DNA from: Saprospiraceae bacterium
Lineage (GTDB): Bacteria > Bacteroidota > Bacteroidia > Chitinophagales > Saprospiraceae
Assembly (NCBI GenBank): GCA_022844265.1
Contig: JALHMA010000001.1
Coordinates: 18,260 to 82,259, forward strand
Reading direction: 5' to 3'
Length of the DNA: 64,000 bases
The translations under genes were made by a program, and so were the position numbers. Each line of letters begins with the position of its first letter. Position 1 is the stretch's first letter. This document shows positions 46,039-54,225 of the stretch, in pieces. Under the pieces are notes generated by a model that saw nothing but the letters and a program-made list of their open reading frames with translations, made no database searches and was not told where the DNA came from.

Positions 46039-46686
46039 ATGAAATACGAACTCCTGCAAACATTACTTCCATACCTCGATGCCTACGAACGGGCCTACCC
46101 GAAACAGCAGGATGCCCGGCATTTTGCGGTGTGGCTGGCCCGGCAATCCGCAGATGAAGCCCAAGTAGCGACGCGAAACGCTGAGGAAGGCCCTGTACAA
46201 AGCGAGTCGGTGGAAATTGGTAAACTATTGGTGTACCTAAACCGCTATGCCAAAAACTACGCAAAAAAAGCATTGGAAGGTTCTCCCCTGGGCGGGATGG
46301 ATGAGTTTGTGTACCTCGCTATTCTGCTGTACGAAGGCGCTGTGACTAAAAGTGAACTGATTTACCGCAACCGACACGAAAAACCGACCGGTATGGAAAT
46401 CATCCGGCGCTTGCTGACGGCAGGGTTTGTCGAACAATCGGACGACCCTGATGACCGCCGCAGCAAACGCCTGCGCATTACGGAAACCGGAAAAGCCGTT
46501 TTTGGACAGGTAGTGGAACGTATGGATTTTGTATCGGAATTACTCACCGGCAACCTGAACAGCGCCGAAAAAATGCTGCTGCTGCAAATTCTGGAAAAAC
46601 TGGAAGGCTTTCACCAACTCATACTGGCAAAAACGAAAGGCGGCGATTTTGAAGAAACCGTGCGGGTGGTGCGGAGCAACCCGTAA
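46039..46686 (+). CDS. MarR-family winged-helix transcriptional regulator
   Basis: MDEFVYLAILLYEGAVTKSELIYRNRHEKPTGMEIIRRLLTAGFVEQSDDPDDRRSKRLRITETGK is a typical MarR wHTH with the DxRR wing. Confidence 0.7.
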   Translation: MKYELLQTLLPYLDAYERAYPKQQDARHFAVWLARQSADEAQVATRNAEEGPVQSESVEIGKLLVYLNRYAKNYAKKALEGSPLGGMDEFVYLAILLYEGAVTKSELIYRNRHEKPTGMEIIRRLLTAGFVEQSDDPDDRRSKRLRITETGKAVFGQVVERMDFVSELLTGNLNSAEKMLLLQILEKLEGFHQLILAKTKGGDFEETVRVVRSNP

Positions 46687-46759
46687 ATAAGTAGTTGTCC
46701 GTTATTAGTTATTGGTTATTCGTCTTGATAATCAAGCATTTGCAAAGAATTTAAGCAAG

Positions 46760-46900
46760 ACTAATTTTGCACACCTACTTAACATTTGTGCATGGGCTAA
46801 GCCGAGCATACGTTTACTAAACTTAAAAAGTTTAGTAAACGTCGCCAAATAGAATGCTCAAAACCTTTTGGAGCGATGTACAACTAATTTTGCACACCTA
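46760..46900. promoter_or_regulatory. 18-nt direct repeat pair (each with a TAATTTTG -7 box) bracketing a perfect 15+3+15 palindrome
   Basis: The repeat actaattttgcacaccta occurs at 46760-46777 and 46883-46900. The palindrome acgtttactaaactt-aaa-aagtttagtaaacgt lies at 46810-46842. The esterase ATG at 46904 follows the second repeat after 3 nt. Confidence 0.6.
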
Positions 46901-46903
46901 ATT

Positions 46904-47824
46904 ATGAAAAATTTCCTGCTCTTTTCCCTGCTTCTGTGTCTGTGCGCGCAACTGTCTGCACAACTGCCCCAGACTGCATCCGGCACGGTACAACGTTTTG
47001 AAAATTTCCCTTCCAAATACGTCAGTCCCAGGCATGTCGACGTCTGGCTGCCGGATGGTTACTCCACCCGGGAGAAGTATGCGGTGCTGTACATGCACGA
47101 CGGACAAATGTTGTTCGATTCCGCCACTACCTGGAATAAACAGGAATGGGGCGTGGATGAAACAATGAGCCGACTGCTCGCAGCAGGGAAAATCAGAAAC
47201 TGCATCGTGGTGGGTATCTGGAACAGCGGCAAAACGCGCCACTCCAATTATTTTCCTCAAAAACCTTTTGAATCCTTGCCCGAAAGCCTCCAGGACTCTC
47301 TCCTGTATCTTGCCAAACGAGACCAGCAATCGGGTTTGTTCTCAATCGCGGTTAACTCCGACCACTACCTGCATTTTCTGGTGCACGAACTCAAACCATT
47401 CATCGACAGCCGTTTTTCAACCAAAAAAGATCGGAAAAACACCTTTATCGCCGGATCGAGTATGGGCGGCCTGATCTCCATGTACGCCATCTGCGAATAC
47501 CCGAAAGTATTCGGCGGCGCTGCCTGCCTGTCCACCCACTGGCCGGGCACTTTTGCGGTGGAAAACAACCCGATCCCCGACGCTTTTATACAGTACATGC
47601 GCACTCATTTGCCCAGCCCGAAAACGCATACATTTTACTTTGATTACGGTACTGCTACCCTGGATGCGCTCTACGAACCGTTTCAAATCAAGGCCGATCA
47701 GGTCATGGCTGCCAAAGGTTATACCGCTAAAAACTGGATCACCCGGAAATTTGAAGGGGAAGATCATTCGGAAAGGGCATGGCGGGGGAGGCTGGGGATT
47801 CCGCTGGAGTTTATTTTGAAGTAG
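46904..47824 (+). CDS. Secreted alpha/beta-hydrolase esterase (enterochelin-esterase-like 'putative esterase' family)
   Basis: It has a signal peptide and a nucleophile elbow GSSMGG within FIAGSSMGGLISMY. It contains VLYMHDGQMLFD. Confidence 0.7.
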   Translation: MKNFLLFSLLLCLCAQLSAQLPQTASGTVQRFENFPSKYVSPRHVDVWLPDGYSTREKYAVLYMHDGQMLFDSATTWNKQEWGVDETMSRLLAAGKIRNCIVVGIWNSGKTRHSNYFPQKPFESLPESLQDSLLYLAKRDQQSGLFSIAVNSDHYLHFLVHELKPFIDSRFSTKKDRKNTFIAGSSMGGLISMYAICEYPKVFGGAACLSTHWPGTFAVENNPIPDAFIQYMRTHLPSPKTHTFYFDYGTATLDALYEPFQIKADQVMAAKGYTAKNWITRKFEGEDHSERAWRGRLGIPLEFILK

Positions 47825-48030
47825 TTATGAGTTATGAGTTATGAGTTATGAGTTATGAGTTATGAGTTATTGGAGTTTCATGCTGGAATGGGAAAATGGA
47901 GGTTGCATTCTTTCCCGTTCCAGCATGAAACTCCAATAACTCATAACTCATAACTCATAACTCATAACTCATAACTCATAACTCATAACTTATAACTCAT
48001 AACTCATCATTCATAACTCATAACTCATAA
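47825..48030. repeat. Heptamer-array hairpin: (TTATGAG)x6 ... core stem ... (CTCATAA)x13
   Basis: Counted directly. Six perfect TTATGAG units span 47825-47866. The core stem pairs ttattggagtttcatgctggaa with ttccagcatgaaactccaataa. Thirteen CTCATAA-type units (10 perfect) span 47940-48030. Confidence 0.95.
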
Positions 48031-48041
48031 TGATTTTCCCC

Positions 48042-48049
48042 TACCTTTG
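48042..48049 (+). promoter_or_regulatory. Candidate -7 promoter box (TACCTTTG) for the GH20 gene
   Basis: Exact TAnnTTTG match 58 nt upstream of ATG 48107 and 12 nt after the hairpin array. Confidence 0.4.
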
Positions 48050-48106
48050 TCCCGCAACACGGAAAGTTGCAAAAACCAATCAATACAAAATAAATCATTC
48101 TTTTTC

Positions 48107-50005
48107 ATGCAGAAACATCTCGTTCTACTTGCACTCGTGTTCGTATCCTCCCTTCTTCCAGCCCAAAATAACAATATTATTCCGCAGCCGGTAGCGTTTA
48201 CCTATACGCGCAGCCTGCCGTTCAAACTCACAGCAGCGACCACCATCGGCGGCAACAATGCCGAAGCGCAGCGTGTTGCGCGGCAATTGGCCGACCAGAT
48301 TTCCCGCGCTACGGGTTTTAAGTTTACCATTCGCAAACAGGGCGCTATTCAACTGACCCTGAACGCCACACCCAATGCCGAAATCGGTGATGAAGGTTAC
48401 ACCCTGAGCGTTACAAATACAGGTGTAAAAATCAACGCCAACAAAGAAGCCGGTTTGTTCTACGGCGCGCAATCGTTGCTGCAATTGCTGCCGCCGGAGA
48501 TTGAAAGCGCGGAGGTGGTTTCCGCCAAATGGACCATTCCTGCCTGTAAAATTACCGACTACCCGCGTTTCGGATGGCGGGGCATGATGCTCGATGTGAG
48601 CCGTCATTTCTTTTCCAAAGAGGACGTCAAACGCTACATCGACCGCATGGCGCGTTATAAATACAACGTGTTTCACTGGCACCTGACCGACGACGAAGGC
48701 TGGCGGATCGAAATCAAGTCGCTGCCCAAATTGACCCAGATCGGCGCGTGCCGCGTGCCGCGTTACGGCAAATGGGGCACGCATGAGGCGCCCAAAGAAG
48801 GTGAAGCCGCTACCGACTGCGGTTTTTATACCCAGGATGAAATCAGGGAAATCGTCGCTTATGCAGCAGAACGCCATGTCCAGATTTTACCGGAAATAGA
48901 CGTGCCGGGACACAGTACAGCCGCAGTGGCTTCTTACCCGGAATTGAGCTGCACCCAGGATCCGAATATTAAAGTCAGCCCGGGACATAAATTTGCCGAA
49001 TGGTACGGCAACGGCCAGTTTAAAATGCTGGTAGACAATACCTTAGACCCTTCCAGCGAACAAGTGTATTCCTTTTTGGACAAGGTGTTTACGGAAGTGG
49101 CTGCCTTGTTTCCATTCGGTTACATCCACGCCGGCGGCGACGAATGCTACCACGGCTACTGGGAAAATGACCCGGACTGTAAAGCCCTGATGGCAAAAGA
49201 GGGTTTAAAAACGACCCACGAACTGCAAAGTTATTTCACCAAACGGGTGGAAAAAATTATCCAGTCCAAAGGCAAAAAACTGATGGGCTGGGATGAAATC
49301 CTGGAAGGCGGACTGGCCCCGGAAGCGGCAGTAATGAGCTGGCGCGGTCTGGAAGGCGGTATCGAAGCCGCCAAACTGGGACACTATGTGGTCATGTCGC
49401 CCAACGATTATGTGTATATCGACCTCCTGCAGGGCGAACCTGCCGTGGAACCCGATCAGACCAGTTACAAAACGGTGCGCCTGCAAAAAGCCTATTCTTT
49501 TGAGCCGGTACCGGAGGGCATCGACCCTAAATTCATCCTGGGCGGCCAGGCTAATCTCTGGACAGAAAAAGTGCCCACCATCCGCCAGGCAGAGTACATG
49601 ACCTACCCGAGGGCCTGGGCCATCGCCGATCTGTACTGGAGCCAGAAAGAGGCCAGAAACTGGGATGCCTTTACCCAACGCATGGAAAATCACATGGAGC
49701 GTTTCGATCATGCAGGCGCCAATTACGCCCGCAGCGCATTCGACCCTATCGTGACAGGCAGCATGGTAAACGGTAAACTATACGCCAATATTACGACCGA
49801 GGTGAACGGTCTGGACATCTATTACACGTTGGATGAATCCATTCCCGATAAATATTCCCGTAAGTACACCGGCCCGGTGGAAATTCCGGATGGCAAAGCC
49901 GTGACGCTGAAAGTGGCGAGTTTCCGAAACGGACAATCGTCGGGCAAAATGGTGCCGCTGTCGAGGGATGAGATTGTGAAAAGGGTGAAGCGGATTGATC
50001 CTTAA
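48107..50005 (+). CDS. GH20 beta-N-acetylhexosaminidase
   Basis: It contains GMMLDVSRHF, FHWHLTDDEGWRIE and IHAGGDEC (catalytic D-E pair region). The start is trimmed to the MQKHLVLLALVF signal. Confidence 0.9.
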   Translation: MQKHLVLLALVFVSSLLPAQNNNIIPQPVAFTYTRSLPFKLTAATTIGGNNAEAQRVARQLADQISRATGFKFTIRKQGAIQLTLNATPNAEIGDEGYTLSVTNTGVKINANKEAGLFYGAQSLLQLLPPEIESAEVVSAKWTIPACKITDYPRFGWRGMMLDVSRHFFSKEDVKRYIDRMARYKYNVFHWHLTDDEGWRIEIKSLPKLTQIGACRVPRYGKWGTHEAPKEGEAATDCGFYTQDEIREIVAYAAERHVQILPEIDVPGHSTAAVASYPELSCTQDPNIKVSPGHKFAEWYGNGQFKMLVDNTLDPSSEQVYSFLDKVFTEVAALFPFGYIHAGGDECYHGYWENDPDCKALMAKEGLKTTHELQSYFTKRVEKIIQSKGKKLMGWDEILEGGLAPEAAVMSWRGLEGGIEAAKLGHYVVMSPNDYVYIDLLQGEPAVEPDQTSYKTVRLQKAYSFEPVPEGIDPKFILGGQANLWTEKVPTIRQAEYMTYPRAWAIADLYWSQKEARNWDAFTQRMENHMERFDHAGANYARSAFDPIVTGSMVNGKLYANITTEVNGLDIYYTLDESIPDKYSRKYTGPVEIPDGKAVTLKVASFRNGQSSGKMVPLSRDEIVKRVKRIDP

Positions 50006-50050
50006 CCTGACATCCCGAACTATCTCCCGTCTCTGTTGTTTGTTGCAACC

Positions 50051-50683
50051 ATGAAGCATTTTACCCAAACAGACATACAGCACCTGGAGCGTTTTTACCG
50101 GGCCAACCTCATCAATTCCGTCAGCGGATACAAACCGGCCAATCTGATCGGCACGGTGTCCGCTGACGGCGTTACCAACCTGGCGATATTCAGTTCGGTT
50201 GTTCACTTGGGCGCCGATCCGGCTTTGCTGGCATTTATCCAGCGACCGCTGGGGGAGCAGGGACATACCTACCACAATATCAAGGAAAACGGTTGTTACA
50301 CGATCAACCACGTGAACCGGCAGATTGTGGAACGCGCACATTACACTTCGGCCAAGTTCGATGCGGATGTCTCCGAGTTTGAGGCCTGCGGACTGACTCC
50401 AGAGTGGCTGGCGGGTTTTCACGCGCCTTTTGTGCTGGAAAGTCAGGTCAAAATCGGGATGCGATTCGTGCAGGAAATTCCCATAGCGCTGAACAATACG
50501 ATTATGGTGATCGGCCAGATTGAACACCTGTTTATTGCGGAACACGCAATTCGGGATAACGGCAGCATAGCCCTCGATCAGGTGGACGGCGTGTGTATTT
50601 CCGGCCTGGAAAGTTATTATAACACTTCCCACCTGGCGGCGTTTCCGTATGCTAAAATATCTGCGTTGCCTGATTTTATTTAG
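50051..50683 (+). CDS. Flavin reductase-like (FMN-binding split-barrel) protein
   Basis: [23 protein letters not shown]...[15 protein letters not shown] resembles the flavin-reductase-like domain. The stop lies 2 nt before the next ATG. Confidence 0.6.
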   Translation: MKHFTQTDIQHLERFYRANLINSVSGYKPANLIGTVSADGVTNLAIFSSVVHLGADPALLAFIQRPLGEQGHTYHNIKENGCYTINHVNRQIVERAHYTSAKFDADVSEFEACGLTPEWLAGFHAPFVLESQVKIGMRFVQEIPIALNNTIMVIGQIEHLFIAEHAIRDNGSIALDQVDGVCISGLESYYNTSHLAAFPYAKISALPDFI

Positions 50684-50685
50684 TG

Positions 50686-50838
50686 ATGAAAAAACAACAT
50701 CTCCCGGAAAAGCAATGCATCGTATGCGGGCGGCCATTCACATGGCGCAAAAAATGGGAAAAAGTATGGGAAGAGGTTAAGTATTGTAGTGACCAGTGCC
50801 GGATGAACAAAACAAAAAAGAAGGAATCGCCCTCATGA
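50686..50838 (+). CDS. DUF2256-like Cys4 zinc-ribbon mini-protein (50 aa), absent from the ORF track
   Basis: My translation is [50 protein letters not shown], with the pattern C-x2-C-x19-C-x3-C. Its TGA overlaps the next gene's ATG (ATGA at 50835-50838). Confidence 0.65.
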   Translation: MKKQHLPEKQCIVCGRPFTWRKKWEKVWEEVKYCSDQCRMNKTKKKESPS

Positions 50839-52319
50839 ATGTAACAATTGTGTTTCCGCATCAATTGTTCCGGTCGCACCCGGCTGTGGAACCTGGTCGG
50901 CCGGTGCTGTTGGTGGAAGAATACCTGTTTTTTAATCAATACAACTTTCATAAACAGAAACTGCTGCTGCACCGGGCCTCCATGCAGTTTTACCGCGATT
51001 TTTTGAGTCGTCAAGGCATCGAGGTCAGGTATATCGATGCGCAGGATGTGCTTTCTGACGTCCGGCAATTGCTGCCTGCACTCCACAAATCCGGTGTGCG
51101 CAGCATTCACCTTGCCGATCCGGTGGACAATTGGCTGGAGCGCCGCTTACAGCGTGGTGCGCAGGAGTTGGGCCTGACGATCGTGGAATATCCGACGCCA
51201 CTTTTCCTGAATGACAAATCGGAACTGGATCTTTTTTTTAAAGGTAAAAAGCGCTTTTTTCAAACCGATTTTTACATCCAGCAGCGCAAGCAGCGGCAAA
51301 TATTGCTGGAACCCGGCCAAAAACCTTTAGGCGGCAAATGGACCTACGACGCAGACAACAGGCTTAAATACCCTAAAGGGAAAACGCCGCCGACTGTAAA
51401 TTTTCCTGCTCAAAATGAGTACGTGCGTTCAGCAATCGCGCATGTAAATGTTTGTTATCCAGGGAATTATGGACAGATGGAGTCCGCCATGACGTACCCG
51501 ACTACTTTTGAAGAAGCCGAAACCTGGCTGGATGATTTTCTGAAAACACGTTTTCGTGAATTTGGTGAATACGAAGACGCCATGGTCGGCCCGGAGCGCA
51601 TCCTGCACCACAGCGTTTTGACACCCATGCTCAATATTGGCCTGTTGACGCCGCAACAGATTGTAGAAAAAAGCCTCGCTTATGCGGCGAAACATGATAT
51701 TCCCCTCAATTCCTGCGAGGGTTTTATCCGGCAGATTACAGGCTGGCGCGAGTTTATTCGGGGTGTGTATGTGTACAAAGGCACTGAGGAGAGAAGCACC
51801 AATTACTGGAAATGTACGCGTAAAATTCCGCCCGCCTTCTGGAACGCGACAACAGGTATTGCGCCCCTGGATGCCGTGATTAAAAAGGTGCTGGAAACAG
51901 GTTATTGCCACCATATTGAAAGACTTATGGTGCTGGGGAATTTCGTGCTCCTGTGCGAATTTGACCCGGATGAAGTGTATCGCTGGTTTATGGAACTGTT
52001 TATCGACGCTTATGATTGGGTGATGGTACCCAATGTGTATGGTATGAGCCAGTTTGCCGACGGCGGAATGATGGCTACCAAACCCTATATCAGCGGCAGC
52101 AACTACCTGCTAAAAATGAGCGATTTTGCCAAAGGCGACTGGCAAGAGATTTGGGACGGCCTTTTTTGGCGCTTTATGCACGTCCACCGTGATTTTTTCC
52201 TGCAAAATCCGCGCCTGGGCATGCTCGTCCATACTTTTGATAAAATGAATCCGGAAAAAAGAGCGGAGCATTTGCGCGTAGCGGAGACGTATTTGGCGGG
52301 ACTGGACAAAGGGGTGTAA
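50835..52319 (+). CDS. Cryptochrome/photolyase-family protein of the PhrB/CryB-related (COG3046-type) group
   Basis: It contains [33 protein letters not shown] and [21 protein letters not shown]. The start is trimmed to [12 protein letters not shown]. Confidence 0.8.
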   Translation: MNVTIVFPHQLFRSHPAVEPGRPVLLVEEYLFFNQYNFHKQKLLLHRASMQFYRDFLSRQGIEVRYIDAQDVLSDVRQLLPALHKSGVRSIHLADPVDNWLERRLQRGAQELGLTIVEYPTPLFLNDKSELDLFFKGKKRFFQTDFYIQQRKQRQILLEPGQKPLGGKWTYDADNRLKYPKGKTPPTVNFPAQNEYVRSAIAHVNVCYPGNYGQMESAMTYPTTFEEAETWLDDFLKTRFREFGEYEDAMVGPERILHHSVLTPMLNIGLLTPQQIVEKSLAYAAKHDIPLNSCEGFIRQITGWREFIRGVYVYKGTEERSTNYWKCTRKIPPAFWNATTGIAPLDAVIKKVLETGYCHHIERLMVLGNFVLLCEFDPDEVYRWFMELFIDAYDWVMVPNVYGMSQFADGGMMATKPYISGSNYLLKMSDFAKGDWQEIWDGLFWRFMHVHRDFFLQNPRLGMLVHTFDKMNPEKRAEHLRVAETYLAGLDKGV

Positions 52320-52320
52320 A

Positions 52321-52388
52321 ATTTTTTTCCTCGCCAGGTGTTCCTTCTCTTCCCGTTCACCCAAGCCCAGCGCCGCGCGTGGTGTTTT
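52321..52388. repeat. Left copy of an imperfect ~70-nt inverted repeat bracketing the 52387-52923 gene
   Basis: atttttttcctcgccaggtgttccttctcttcccgttcacccaagcccagcgccgcgcgtggtgtttt is the imperfect reverse complement of 53236-53306. A 20-nt block is identical (acaccacgcgcggcgctggg), and the gaacacctgg and aacggga blocks also match. Confidence 0.75.
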
Positions 52389-52923
52389 AAAACTTGATGT
52401 TTCCTTCAATGGAATCGTCCATCGTTTTGCCCATGAAAGCGCCCATGGCAGTTTTGAACAATGCTATCCCCTGTCCGTGTTTCGTGTCCCAATAGTAGCC
52501 GGATGTAGGTTTGACTTTGATCACTGTAATTCTCGGGTCGTCTTTACCTTCCGTAAACCATGCTTTCATTAGCGGCTCCCATAATTCCTCGATTCGGGCT
52601 TTGTCGGTTGTGATTTCGGCCTTCCCGTAGACATTCAGAAAATCGGAGTATTTGCTACCCTGAAACAACATCTGTACGGATGCATTTCCAGCGATTTCCA
52701 CGTTTTTATCACTGTCTACGGCGCTCATGAACCAAAAATTGCCTTCGTCATCTACTTCTTGAACCGACATGGGCCGCGTTGCGAAGGGGCCACCGCTTTG
52801 TAGATCGGTGCAAAAGAAACAGGTGCTGCCTTTTTCCGCCAGTTCCTGCATTTTTTCAACGGCTTCCGAGCCGAACAGGTTTTTATGGTTGTCTTCCGAT
52901 TGATTTTTATTGATGCTGTCCAT
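52387..52923 (-). CDS. Pyridoxamine 5'-phosphate oxidase-like / general stress protein 26 family
   Basis: The protein is 178 aa and contains FFCTDLQSGGPFATRPMS...DDEGNFWFMS...ITVIKVKPTSGYYWD, a split-barrel FMN-binding fold typical of GSP26. Confidence 0.75.
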   Translation of the reverse strand: MDSINKNQSEDNHKNLFGSEAVEKMQELAEKGSTCFFCTDLQSGGPFATRPMSVQEVDDEGNFWFMSAVDSDKNVEIAGNASVQMLFQGSKYSDFLNVYGKAEITTDKARIEELWEPLMKAWFTEGKDDPRITVIKVKPTSGYYWDTKHGQGIALFKTAMGAFMGKTMDDSIEGNIKF

Positions 52924-53078
52924 AGTGTATATAGTTTTACCAACTTTACCTGAAATAACTATGCCAGCAGCACTTACGGGTAATCTGCTTCTTGTGCTGA
53001 CCGCGACAGGGGTATGTTGGGGAATTATGACTACAATTCCGCCGCCGCAGGTAGTTCCTTGCCTACCTATTCACCGAA

Positions 53079-53306
53079 GCCCAGCGCCGCGGCAGTGTCT
53101 TTTTCGACCTGCCGCCAAGGTGCAACGCAATGCTGCGTATTGTTAAATGCATACTTTCAGAAGATGAATGGTAGTAAATGGCTTGTATTGGGAAGCACAA
53201 AAAAATATTCTGCTGTACTTTTGCGGCAGGTCGAAAAAGACACCACGCGCGGCGCTGGGGCGTCGGTTGGAGTGGAACGGGAACACCTGGAGAGGCGAAA
53301 AAATTT
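53079..53306. repeat. Long-loop hairpin (37-nt arms, 107-nt loop) whose right arm merges with the right copy of the bracketing inverted repeat
   Basis: gcccagcgccgcggcagtgtctttttcgacctgccgc (53079-53115) pairs with gcggcaggtcgaaaaagacaccacgcgcggcgctgggg (53223-53260). The interval 53236-53306 mirrors 52321-52388. Confidence 0.8.
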
Positions 53307-53356
53307 CAGGTTTCAATTTTATGGTTTATTGCGATATTTCGCAAAATATCCATTGT

Positions 53357-54220
53357 ATGGAAGAAAAGGTCGATCCATCCGTCGTTGAAGCACGGGAACT
53401 TTGTGCCAGTTGCGGGGCAAAGTTGAAAGGCGACTATTGCCGGAAATGTGGTGAAAAGAAAATTGTGCCGGAACGCGATTTCAGCATCCGAAAATTTTTG
53501 AATCAGAGCCTGTGGCATTTGGCCCATTTTGATTCAAAATTACTGAAAAGTATCTGGCTATTGTTTTCAAAACCCGGTTTTCTGACTGCCGAATGGATTG
53601 CAGGTCGGCGCGTGGGTTATATGAAACCCATACAGTTATTCCTGGTAGCCAACCTGCTTTTTTACTTTTTTCTGCCGACTATCACTGCGCATTTTACAGG
53701 CCCTCACGATCTTATCGAAGGGTACCGGGAGCATAATCGTCTGATGAACATGTTCCAGTATGATTTTGCCACTGCCCTTGGTAACAAATCGGCGGAAATG
53801 GACATTGACGAAGCAACATTGAGCGCTGAAGTCATGGAAGCGGCCGCTGACAGGTCAAAAACAGGACTGTTTCTTTTGATTCCCTTGTGGGGTACGGTTA
53901 TTTTCTGGTTGTTCCGGCAAAAAATTCCCTGGCTGGCGCCGCACCTGATATTTGCCATGCACGCGCTAACCTTTTATATTCTCCTTGATTTAAGTATTCA
54001 CCCTGTTTTATACCTGTTGGGTATTACACATGTTGGAAAGTATATTTTTTTGTTTCTGTTGCTTTCTTTTCCCGTATACCAGGCTTTGGCAGCCCGCAGG
54101 GTTTATGGTGATACATGGCCGATTACAATCGTAAAAACCGTCGGAACTGCCGCTGTTTTTGTATTGCTGATACAGATGTATCGCCAGATTGTAACCATTT
54201 CGGCCTTGGCTACTTTGTAG
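53357..54220 (+). CDS. DUF3667-like membrane protein with N-terminal zinc ribbon
   Basis: It begins MEEKVDPSVVEARELCASCGAKLKGDYCRKCGEKK and is followed by several TM helices. The upstream 63 codons of the track ORF translate the hairpin region and are excluded. Confidence 0.65.
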   Translation: MEEKVDPSVVEARELCASCGAKLKGDYCRKCGEKKIVPERDFSIRKFLNQSLWHLAHFDSKLLKSIWLLFSKPGFLTAEWIAGRRVGYMKPIQLFLVANLLFYFFLPTITAHFTGPHDLIEGYREHNRLMNMFQYDFATALGNKSAEMDIDEATLSAEVMEAAADRSKTGLFLLIPLWGTVIFWLFRQKIPWLAPHLIFAMHALTFYILLDLSIHPVLYLLGITHVGKYIFLFLLLSFPVYQALAARRVYGDTWPITIVKTVGTAAVFVLLIQMYRQIVTISALATL

Positions 54221-54225
54221 AAAAC

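Noticed and set aside
45769-46059. A pair of ORFs on opposite strands (45769-46059 minus, 45794-46000 plus) with near-identical peptide segments (RYRPAGP, GPAGLYLCS)
   Set aside because: They are mirror translations of the nested palindrome. The similarity is a geometric consequence of the inverted repeat, and there is no independent coding signal.
47825-48030. The heptamer arrays, and the other regularly repeated short units, could be mistaken for a CRISPR array
   Set aside because: The units are 7-8 nt and directly abutting with no spacers, and the two arrays are mutually complementary. No cas genes are in the window.
50676-51110. A 144-aa minus-strand ORF across the DUF2256/photolyase start region
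   Set aside because: It is antisense to two motif-supported, translationally coupled plus-strand genes, and I recognise no family for it.
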